In this document: in pieces, positions 19,278 to 27,200 of the stretch
Numbering within the stretch: the stretch's first letter is position 1
Layout of the letters: every line of letters begins with the position of its first letter
DNA from: Myxococcales bacterium
Lineage (GTDB): Bacteria > Myxococcota_A > Polyangia > Polyangiales > DASUME01
Direction of reading: 5' to 3'
DNA length: 64,000 nucleotides
NCBI GenBank assembly: GCA_047601445.1
Contig: JASGJH010000001.1
Span: forward strand, 5,792,001 to 5,856,000
The notes under the pieces: generated by a model
Databases searched by the model: none
What the model was told of the DNA's origin: nothing
Seen by the model: the letters and a program-made list of their open reading frames with translations, nothing else
Made by a program: the position numbers and the translations under genes

Positions 19278-20309
19278 TTACTCTTCGAACAAACCCAGCT
19301 GTCTGGTGGGGCGCTTGAACGTCTGTGCGGGGCCGCGGTGGGTGCCCACTTCGCGCTGGTTGAGCCCGAGCCGGCGACACTGGGTCTCGAACAGTTGCTC
19401 GATGAGCTCCCAACGCTTGCCCCGTCCGCGCATGCGCACGCCGAAGCGAGTCTCCGAGAGATTGCCGTCGCGCGCCTCCTCCAGCGCGTGCACGATTTTC
19501 TCCACGCGCTCCGGGTGCAGTACCTGGCCGATGCGCTCCAGGAACACGGGCTTCACTTCTGTCGCTAGACGCACCAGCGTGAGGAAGGCCTGCTGTGCGC
19601 CAGCCTGCTTGGCCCGCTGTAACAGCGGCAGCACGTGGGCATCGTTGAGCCCGGGGATCACCGGCGCCAGGGCGATGCCCGTGGTGACGCCCGCCTCGGA
19701 CAGCCGCCGCATGGCCTCGAAGCGTTTCTCGATGGGGGCGGCGAAGGGCTCGATGAGCTTGCGCGTCTCGTCATCGGCGAAGGCCACGGAGAGATACACG
19801 GTGACCGCGCAATGCTTGGCCAACTCGGCCAGCAGCTCCACATCGCGCAGGACGACCCCGCCCTTGGTGATTACAGCGACCGGGTTCCGGTGCTCGAGGC
19901 AGACCTCGAGACATTGGCGCGTGAGGCGATAGTTGGCCTCGAGGGGCTGATAGCAATCCGTGTTGCCGGAGAACACCACGCACTCGCCGCGCCAGCTGCG
20001 CTTGGCGAAGGCCTCGCGCAGGAGCGCGGGCGCGTTGGTCTTCACCATGAGCTTGCGCTCGAAATCGGTGCCGGCCCCCATACCCAGGTACTGGTGGGTT
20101 GGCCGCGCGTAGCAGTAAGCACAGCCGTGGTAGCAGCCCTGGTAGGGATTCGCGCTGTAGGAGAAGGAGAGGTCGGGACTATCGTTCCGGCTCAGGATGG
20201 ATTTGCTCTCGACCTCCTGGATCTCGAGCTCCACCTCGGGCGGCTCCTCGAGCCACTCGAGATGGGCCTCCTGGAAGCGATTGCGAGGGTTGGACTCGGC
20301 ACGCCGCAT
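19278..20309 (-). CDS. Radical SAM protein, spore-photoproduct-lyase-like (PA0069/Rv2578c type)
   Basis: NPYQGCYHGCAYCYARP (CxxxCxxC), GTDFE, SGNTDCYQPLE, APVIPGLND. Confidence 0.9.
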   Translation of the reverse strand: MRRAESNPRNRFQEAHLEWLEEPPEVELEIQEVESKSILSRNDSPDLSFSYSANPYQGCYHGCAYCYARPTHQYLGMGAGTDFERKLMVKTNAPALLREAFAKRSWRGECVVFSGNTDCYQPLEANYRLTRQCLEVCLEHRNPVAVITKGGVVLRDVELLAELAKHCAVTVYLSVAFADDETRKLIEPFAAPIEKRFEAMRRLSEAGVTTGIALAPVIPGLNDAHVLPLLQRAKQAGAQQAFLTLVRLATEVKPVFLERIGQVLHPERVEKIVHALEEARDGNLSETRFGVRMRGRGKRWELIEQLFETQCRRLGLNQREVGTHRGPAQTFKRPTRQLGLFEE

Positions 20310-20324
20310 CCATCCTAGATATTA

Positions 20325-20340
20325 CTGAACACCAGAGCAG
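20325..20340. promoter_or_regulatory. Putative LexA (SOS) box upstream of the radical SAM gene
   Basis: CTGAACACCAGAGCAG (reverse complement CTGCTCTGGTGTTCAG), overlapping a minus-strand TTGACT -35-like hexamer at 20339-20344. Confidence 0.7.
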
Positions 20341-20399
20341 TCAATGTCCGACCGAGGCCGCGTCGTGTTTCGACAGGCCCTTGCCCTCGAAACCGGGTC

Positions 20400-21827
20400 T
20401 CAGGAGGCCCGGGCGACGCTGGGCTCGAGGCCGCCCGCGCCAGCCCCGCTCTTCTGAGGCTTCCGGAAGCGCGCCTTCTCCTGCTCCGCGAGTACGCCGG
20501 CCGAGATGCTGCACAGGGCCCCGGCCAGGAACTCCGCGATGGTGAAGTCGGGCGCGTTGGGTAGGGTGTCGAACCACATCACGGCGCACATCAAGAGCAC
20601 ACCGGCCATCAGGTTGCGATCTTGAGCGTTGCTCACGCGGGCGATGCGGCTGGCCGCGATCAGCATGGCTCCGACCGAGAACAGGTAGTTGAAGCCGAAG
20701 CCGACGAAGCCCAGCGAGCCCAGGGTCATGACCCATGCGCCGTCGGTGACGCAGCGATCGATGCCGTACTCGTCGTAGATGCGGTTGCGCCCGTAGCTAC
20801 CCCAGCCGAACCAGGGGCGCTCCATGGCTTTGACGATGAGCTTGTCCTCGTTGGTGAAGCGCACCTCGAGGGACTGCGCGCGATCGGGGCTGAACTCGGT
20901 GACCTTGGCGATGATGTCCTTGGTGGGGATGACCTGGTTGGCCCGCAGCCAGGGATAGGCACAGGTGAGCAGGCACAGCACCACCGCCATGCGCAGCACC
21001 GCGCGGCTCGACACGAGCCGCAGCATGGGCAGCACGATGACCGCGTAGAACCACACCCCCGTGCTCTTGCAGACGATGATGATGAAGGTGAGGTACCAGG
21101 ACGCCGCGTTGGCGCTCACCTTCCACACGCGGCCGCCGGTGCGTGCCAGGGCGGTGGCCATCATGGTGGGGCCGAGCATGAACAGCGACAGCACCAGGCC
21201 GTGTCCGAACATGACCAGCGGACGATAGCCGCCGTAGCGCATCAGCTGCGCCCACTCGTGGGGACCCGCATAGCCGTAGACCCAGCGATGCATCTGCGGG
21301 CTCAGGCGGATCTCCAGCAAGATGGGGATCGAATAGATTAACCCGCACACCACCATCACGCGCGCGATCAGACGCAGGTCCTCCGTGCGACGGAACAAGC
21401 GCATGCCGAGATAGCTGGCGGGCGCCACGGAGAGCAGGTTGCCGATCACCACCGCGCCGGTGTCCTTGAAGCCGAGACCCGGGATGAAAGTCGGTGAGGC
21501 TGCGAAGTAGATGGGATCCTGGTTCGTGTAACCAGTCAGCACGGTGGAGAAGAGCGTGCCCAGGGCCGCCACGTACCACCAGGCCTCGGGCTTGCGCAGT
21601 CCGGGTAGGCTCTTGAAAGCCAGCACCAGCAGCATGGCGAGGTTAACGACGTTGGCCTTCTCGATCAGCGGAAACAGCGGCAGCTTGATGCCTACCCAGT
21701 TGGGCAGCACCAACATCCCGCCGAAGTAGCAATACAGCGCGGCGCGCTGCGCGGGATAGCGCCCGAACATGAAGAAGGTGAACGGAATCCAAAGTCCGAT
21801 CACCACCGCTGCGAGTGTCTCTCCCAC
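20400..21827 (-). CDS. O-antigen ligase/Wzy-like polytopic membrane protein
   Basis: About 11-12 TM segments; DRAQSLEVRF...ERPWFGWG loop typical of Wzy_C-like proteins. Confidence 0.7.
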   Translation of the reverse strand: MGETLAAVVIGLWIPFTFFMFGRYPAQRAALYCYFGGMLVLPNWVGIKLPLFPLIEKANVVNLAMLLVLAFKSLPGLRKPEAWWYVAALGTLFSTVLTGYTNQDPIYFAASPTFIPGLGFKDTGAVVIGNLLSVAPASYLGMRLFRRTEDLRLIARVMVVCGLIYSIPILLEIRLSPQMHRWVYGYAGPHEWAQLMRYGGYRPLVMFGHGLVLSLFMLGPTMMATALARTGGRVWKVSANAASWYLTFIIIVCKSTGVWFYAVIVLPMLRLVSSRAVLRMAVVLCLLTCAYPWLRANQVIPTKDIIAKVTEFSPDRAQSLEVRFTNEDKLIVKAMERPWFGWGSYGRNRIYDEYGIDRCVTDGAWVMTLGSLGFVGFGFNYLFSVGAMLIAASRIARVSNAQDRNLMAGVLLMCAVMWFDTLPNAPDFTIAEFLAGALCSISAGVLAEQEKARFRKPQKSGAGAGGLEPSVARAS

Positions 21828-21975
21828 GCCCCTCTGCCAACTCTAGCAGGGTCGTTTCGGCGTCGTGCGCGCGATCGCGGGCGCAACTTTGCTTGGCACC
21901 TGCGCCGCCCGAACCGTGGGGAGACGGTTCGAGCGACGCTCATTGCTCAAGGGGCCATGAGGCCGACGGACGAGC

Positions 21976-23493
21976 TCAGGCCTTCAAGAATGGGACGATC
22001 TTGCTGGCATCGGTGCGCAGTCGATCGGGCCACATCGTCTTGGGATCGCCGTAGGAGTTGTCCGTGAACTGGGAGCCGTAACCCTTGAGGCCGCCCGACT
22101 CGAATTCGCTCGCAGGCACGCCCATGGCTTGGAGCACGGTGGCGAGCCACTGGTTGTAGAGCAGGCCCGCGAACTGGTCGCGCCACTTGCGGTTGGAGTT
22201 CACCGCGCGGTAGTCGACGTAGTTGCCCGTCTTGAGGAAGCCGGCGGCGCCACCCGCGGTGACGAGGGGCAGACCCACCGGATCGTGGGTGCTCTCGCCG
22301 GACTCCTGGGTCCACATCATGAGGGTATTGTCGAGGTAGGTCTTGCCGTCGGCTTCTTCCACGTTGAGCTTGTTGGCCAGATCCAGGAACACGTTCTCGA
22401 AGATGTGCTGGTACGAGGCCACGAGCAGCGCTTGCTTGTCGGGGTTGGTGGCCTGGTGGGCCACGTCCTGATGCCAGTCGCCGTTGAAGGCGGTCCAGAG
22501 CTCCATCGTGTACATGGTGCAGATGCGCGAGGTGCCACACATGAAGGCCGCGGCGATCACGTCGTTGAACACGTCGTAGAACTGCGTGCTGCCCGCGACG
22601 TTGGTGGAGTTGTTGCCGAAGCCCGAGGAGTTCTTGTCCACGCTGGTGCCGGGCGCCTGCACGTTGCTGCAGGAGGCCACGACGTTCACGCGGCGCTCGA
22701 GCTCGGAGAGGCGCGCCATGTGGTCGTCCAGGCGCTGCTTGTCCGCGGCCGACAGCCGCTTGGCGTCACCGAAGGCGCCGTTGCGTAGCTGCTTGTAGTT
22801 GTCGAGCACGCGATCCACGACCGGCACGCGGGCGCTCGTGGTGGTGGTGGGCGGCACGAAGATGCTGTCGAACAGCTCCTTGGAGCTGAAGCTGGTGGGC
22901 ATCGACTGCACGCTGCCCGACTTGGTCTGCGGGTTGGAGTAGTTCCACGAGATGCCATCGGTGGCGATGTGCATCGAGCGCTGCTTGATGCTGCTCAGGT
23001 TGCTGTAGAAGGAGGGCGACCAGGCCATCACCTGGTCGATGGTGGGGACGTAGTTGATCGGCGGGTTCTGGTCGGAGCGCCCGAAGTTGCCCAGATGGCC
23101 GCCCGTGTGGTGCGCGATGTAGAAGGGCAGGTCGAAGCCGCGGATCACGTTGATGCGCGACAGCACGCTAGACGAGAGGTTGGCGGACGCCGCGTTCAGG
23201 ATGTTCGAGAGCGAAGCCTTGCCGCCGCTGCTGCTGGTGGCGAGGTTGCCGCGCCGCACGGTGTGGTCCGAGTAGAGCGCCTGGCTCTCGGTGAGCAGCG
23301 AATCACTCGGAAAGAAGTTGGCTCCGGTAACAGCGCCGTGGGGACTCGTGATGGCCACGAACCTGGGTAGGGCCACGAAGCTCTGGGCCTTCGCGCTGGA
23401 AGGCAGGAGCGATGGCAACCACGGTAGTGCGAGGGCGAAACCGCCCGCGCCGCGCAGGAACTGACGTCGGCTGTGATTGGTGATGACGCTCAT
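21976..23493 (-). CDS. Tat-exported DUF1552-type protein
   Basis: SRRQFLRGAGGFALALPWLPS Tat signal; TIDQVMA, DKQRLDDHM, AFMCGTSR, TYLDNTL motifs. Confidence 0.85.
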   Translation of the reverse strand: MSVITNHSRRQFLRGAGGFALALPWLPSLLPSSAKAQSFVALPRFVAITSPHGAVTGANFFPSDSLLTESQALYSDHTVRRGNLATSSSGGKASLSNILNAASANLSSSVLSRINVIRGFDLPFYIAHHTGGHLGNFGRSDQNPPINYVPTIDQVMAWSPSFYSNLSSIKQRSMHIATDGISWNYSNPQTKSGSVQSMPTSFSSKELFDSIFVPPTTTTSARVPVVDRVLDNYKQLRNGAFGDAKRLSAADKQRLDDHMARLSELERRVNVVASCSNVQAPGTSVDKNSSGFGNNSTNVAGSTQFYDVFNDVIAAAFMCGTSRICTMYTMELWTAFNGDWHQDVAHQATNPDKQALLVASYQHIFENVFLDLANKLNVEEADGKTYLDNTLMMWTQESGESTHDPVGLPLVTAGGAAGFLKTGNYVDYRAVNSNRKWRDQFAGLLYNQWLATVLQAMGVPASEFESGGLKGYGSQFTDNSYGDPKTMWPDRLRTDASKIVPFLKA

Positions 23494-23676
23494 AGGGGGA
23501 ACGACCCTATCAGCCGAGCCTGGTGGTCGATACCCAGCCCACCAAAAACAACCCTTCTGGGTACCTAAACGAGCGCCTGTGCCCCGCTTCGCACGCTTTC
23601 GAACAAACCCAACGAGTCTAGGGCGGTGACCTACGCCGGCGCCAACGTGCTTGAAGCAGCGCTCGCATGGTGGGCT

Positions 23677-25527
23677 TCACTCCGCTTCCGCGCTGCGGCT
23701 ACGGAAGCTCGGCAACAGCGCCAGGCTGCGCAGCGCGTCGCGCACGCTGTGGCCGCCGGCGAGCTGGGCGCGCACTGCCTCGAGTGAGCAGCCGTCACGC
23801 GACTCGTCCTCCGCGCGCGATCCCGCAAAGCGGACCACTTGGCGCGCAAAGCAGGCCCCGACCTTGCCGCTCTCCGCCAGCATGTGCGCCAGATCCGTGG
23901 CGCCTTTGGACGAGCGCGTGTCGTCGGCCCAGACACGTGGCGTGCTGGCGGTGTCGAGCGTCAGTTGGGAAAGCAAGGCGCCGTCGGCCGCGTACACCGT
24001 CTGTGTCGAGCGCAGTCGCCCGAGTGCGTCGTAGTTCTCCGTGGCGAAGCCGAGTGCGTTCAGCTGGGTGCCGTGACAGCCATTGCAGGTGGTGCCCGGC
24101 TTCTGCGTGAGCGCCTCCACGACCTGGCGTGTGGTTCCGTTCGCCGTGGGCTCGGGCGCGACCAGGGCTGCGTTCGGGTCGGGCGTTCCCAGCTTGTCGC
24201 ACAACAAACGCTCGCGCAGGAACACGCCCTTCATGATGGGCCGCGTGTTTCCGCTGGCCGAGGACAACAGAGCCGCGCGCGTGATCAAGCCGGCGCGCTG
24301 CCCGTCGGGAAATCGCGGTGGCTCGTCGAGGCCGTTCCAGGTGGGGACGCCATAGATGGACGCCAGCTCTGCGCCACGGGCGAAGGAGTAGGGACTGAGC
24401 AGCCAGCCCTCGAGCGTGTCGGACGCGGCGAGCCCGTGGTACGCGAATGAATCGGCCACCTCCGCCAGCATGTCTTCGCGCAGGGTGCCGCTCGGCAGGT
24501 TGGTGCCGGCGAACGCCTTGTAGCGCGGATCGTCGTGCAACACGTCGAGGGGCGTCAGGTAGTCCACGTTCAGCCACTCCCGGGCGAAGCTGCGCAGTCC
24601 CTGCTCGGCACGGGGGTCCCCGAGCATGCGATCGACGGTGGCCACGAAGCCGGTCTCGTCGTCGAGCTCGCCGCGCTCGGCCGCCAGCAGCAAGTCCTCG
24701 TCCGGGGTGCTCCGCCAAAGCTGAAACGAGAGGCGAGTCGCCAGCTCGTAGCGTGAGAGCGGCACGCTGGTTCCGGCGGGCGCTGGCGGGCCCACCTGCT
24801 GGACCTCGTAGAGGAACTGGGGCGAGTTCAGGAACACCACGATCAAGTCCGACAGCCCGTCTCGGTCCAGCACATCCGGCGACGCATAGACCTCGTGGAA
24901 GAACGCGGTCTCCTCGGCGCCGAGCGGATGGCGCAGCACCAGCCGGCCAAAGCGCGCGATGAAGCGGTCGATGCATGCATGGGGATCGCTGCAATCGCCG
25001 AGCAGCTGGTCCATGCGGGCGTCGTCGGCGCTGACCGCGGCGCCGATCTCGAGGCTCGCGTTGTAGTAGCCCTGCACGTGGGCATCGGACATCGCCTGAT
25101 CCATGCGCGCAAAAGGGGCGAACTTGGAGACCGAGTCCGTCGGTAGTGCACCGAGCGCGCTGCGTACCGCGGGGATCGCGAGGACCTCGTCCGCCAGGGC
25201 GCCGCCCGAGGTGCCCTCGAGGGCGAGATGCAGCGAGCTCACGTACTCGGCGCGCGAGAGTCGTCGCAAGGGTAGGTTGGCGCTCGGGCTGTCGGCATCG
25301 CAGCGAAACTCGAGTGCCGTCGCATGAGCCTGGAGATCGCCGGGTGTCTCGCCGGGTTCCACCTCGCCCTCATTCCAGGGACGATCATCGGTCTCGGAGA
25401 TGGGGCCTGCCGGTGCGAGCCGAGAATCGGCGCACGACGCACTGAGCAGGAGCGCCGCCGCGGCGCTGAGTGGCGAGAGCAAACATGGAAGGGAGCAGGA
25501 CAACCGTACGGGAGAGCGTGCGGGCAT
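23677..25527 (-). CDS. DUF1587/1595/1592/1588/1585-type lipoprotein
   Basis: PLRRLSRAEY, SPQFLY, YELATRLSFQLWRSTPD, RAGLIT, CNGCH, LGFATENYDALGR; lipobox-like LSASC; start uncertain. Confidence 0.85.
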   Translation of the reverse strand: MPARSPVRLSCSLPCLLSPLSAAAALLLSASCADSRLAPAGPISETDDRPWNEGEVEPGETPGDLQAHATALEFRCDADSPSANLPLRRLSRAEYVSSLHLALEGTSGGALADEVLAIPAVRSALGALPTDSVSKFAPFARMDQAMSDAHVQGYYNASLEIGAAVSADDARMDQLLGDCSDPHACIDRFIARFGRLVLRHPLGAEETAFFHEVYASPDVLDRDGLSDLIVVFLNSPQFLYEVQQVGPPAPAGTSVPLSRYELATRLSFQLWRSTPDEDLLLAAERGELDDETGFVATVDRMLGDPRAEQGLRSFAREWLNVDYLTPLDVLHDDPRYKAFAGTNLPSGTLREDMLAEVADSFAYHGLAASDTLEGWLLSPYSFARGAELASIYGVPTWNGLDEPPRFPDGQRAGLITRAALLSSASGNTRPIMKGVFLRERLLCDKLGTPDPNAALVAPEPTANGTTRQVVEALTQKPGTTCNGCHGTQLNALGFATENYDALGRLRSTQTVYAADGALLSQLTLDTASTPRVWADDTRSSKGATDLAHMLAESGKVGACFARQVVRFAGSRAEDESRDGCSLEAVRAQLAGGHSVRDALRSLALLPSFRSRSAEAE

Positions 25528-25886
25528 CGGTGCTAAGGGTCGGCGCGCCGGTGCCCCGCGCGCCAACAAATTGATGACGCCCAGCAAACTTGCGGGTTTC
25601 ATGCGCGGTGGCGTGAGCGACGGGCTCACGTTCGAAGACTGGGGCCTCGCGCCGGTCGGAAGGGCACAAGGACTTGTCCTCTCGGAGGCGAGCGAGCCAG
25701 ATGGTGGGGCACCGGCACCTCGCGGAGTGCACCGCGATCGTGGTGCCCACACCTACATTCACCTCAAGGTCCTCCGCGTTCTCTGCGGGAAGCGAGTCGA
25801 CCCCAGAATCAGTTCACTCCTTAGGCGTCAGTGGCCTGGTTGTGTAACGCTACGGCCCGCGACCCCACACCACGCGAGGATCGACA

Positions 25887-26885
25887 ATGAGTTCAAGGCA
25901 GCTTGGCTGGCTCTTAGGTAGTTCTCTGTTGTTTTCATTGGCGGCGTGCGACGTCAGCGTCGGCAAGTGCGATGAGGACGCGGGCTGTTTCGACGGCTTC
26001 GGTGACGGAGACGGTGATGGCGACGGCGACGGAGACGGCGGCCAGATGGACGGCGGCCACACGGGCGACGGCGGCCATAACCCGGGTGATGGCGGAAGTA
26101 AGGATGGGGGCCCGAGTGGCGGGGACGCGGGCACGGACGCCGGCGACATGTTTACTGGCGACCCGCTCACGCTGAGCCAGTTCTGTGAGGCGTATCAAGG
26201 ACGTCGCGTGCAGTGGGCCACGGCACTCGAGGACTGCTGCATGGGCGACCCCGAAGCGAACGGCGCGAACGCCACGACGATTCTCAACTTGTTTGGCCCG
26301 GATGACGGCGCCAACGTCTGTATCAACAAGCATCAGCCTTTCATCACGGACGGCAGCGTGGTCTTCCACGCGGACAAAGCCGGTGCCTGTGCCGACGCCT
26401 TCCTAGCTCAATACGCCACCCCGCCCGCGACCTGTCCGCCCGGTGGTTTCGATTCGGAGCTGCTGCGTGCGACCGTGGCCCATGGCTCGCAGTTGATTCA
26501 GCAGATCCCAGCCTGCCGCGCGGCACTCGAAGGCAAGGTGGCCGAGGGCAGCCCGTGCAGTGACTCCATCCAGTGCGCTGGCGGGAACCGCTGCTACCTG
26601 GGCAACGGCGCCCAGAACACCTGCCAAAAGCCCAAGGTCGCCAACGGCACCACGGGTGCGTGCGCCGATTCCTCGGCCATGTGCGCGGACGGCACCATCT
26701 GCGTCGGCAACAACGACAGCACTCGTTTCTGCGCCAAGGTCGCGGAGCTCAACCAGACCATCAGTTGCTCGAACTCCCGTGAGTGCGGCGCCAACTCGCT
26801 GTGCTCGGTGGAGAACGTCAAGATCGGCGGCACGTGCACCGCGTACAGCGCGGCCAACCACGCCGACGACGTCTGCGCTCCCTGA
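25887..26885 (+). CDS. Cys-rich lipoprotein with (GD)n linker
   Basis: Lipobox LAAC, GDGDGDGDGDG tract, many C-terminal cysteines. Confidence 0.85.
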   Translation: MSSRQLGWLLGSSLLFSLAACDVSVGKCDEDAGCFDGFGDGDGDGDGDGDGGQMDGGHTGDGGHNPGDGGSKDGGPSGGDAGTDAGDMFTGDPLTLSQFCEAYQGRRVQWATALEDCCMGDPEANGANATTILNLFGPDDGANVCINKHQPFITDGSVVFHADKAGACADAFLAQYATPPATCPPGGFDSELLRATVAHGSQLIQQIPACRAALEGKVAEGSPCSDSIQCAGGNRCYLGNGAQNTCQKPKVANGTTGACADSSAMCADGTICVGNNDSTRFCAKVAELNQTISCSNSRECGANSLCSVENVKIGGTCTAYSAANHADDVCAP

Positions 26886-26924
26886 GCTCGACAGCCCTCG
26901 GGAAACGCCAGCTGAATCACGAGT

Positions 26925-26956
26925 GAGCCCGCCTGAGCGATCAGGTGGGCTCTTTC
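26925..26956 (+). terminator. Intrinsic terminator-like hairpin
   Basis: GAGCCCGCCTGA-GCGA-TCAGGTGGGCTC (12-bp stem, one G-U, GNRA loop) followed by TTTC. Confidence 0.7.
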
Positions 26957-26974
26957 ACATTGCCAGATTGACGG

Positions 26975-27066
26975 AATAAAAAAGGCAGCCAGGCGGGGGG
27001 GGGGATGCCAAGCTGCCTTGCGTACCGTCGAGCGGGGGGGTGCTCTTTATTGACGGGCACGCACGT
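26975..27066 (-). ncRNA. Candidate sRNA with two C-rich stem-loops
   Basis: Sigma54-type promoter, hairpin with ACCCCCCC loop, hairpin with ATC10 loop, then T6 tract; no credible ORF. Confidence 0.75.
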
Positions 27067-27076
27067 CCTGAAACAA

Positions 27077-27092
27077 TGCGAGGAGCGTGCCA
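27077..27092 (-). promoter_or_regulatory. Sigma54 (-24/-12) promoter
   Basis: Minus strand TGGCACG-CTCC-TCGCA versus consensus TGGCACG-N4-TTGCW; GG and GC correctly spaced. Confidence 0.75.
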
Positions 27093-27200
27093 GACACACA
27101 GCGCACGTGATCATGAAGCTTTTTCAAAATTGAATCGCCGAAGGTCCTTCGGGATTGCAATGCCTTGCAGGTCGGCGTTTCAAGTTTGCACGACTGCGCA

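Noticed and set aside
26001..26040. (GD)n coding repeat
   Set aside because: Common low-complexity linker in myxobacterial lipoproteins, with mixed codons.
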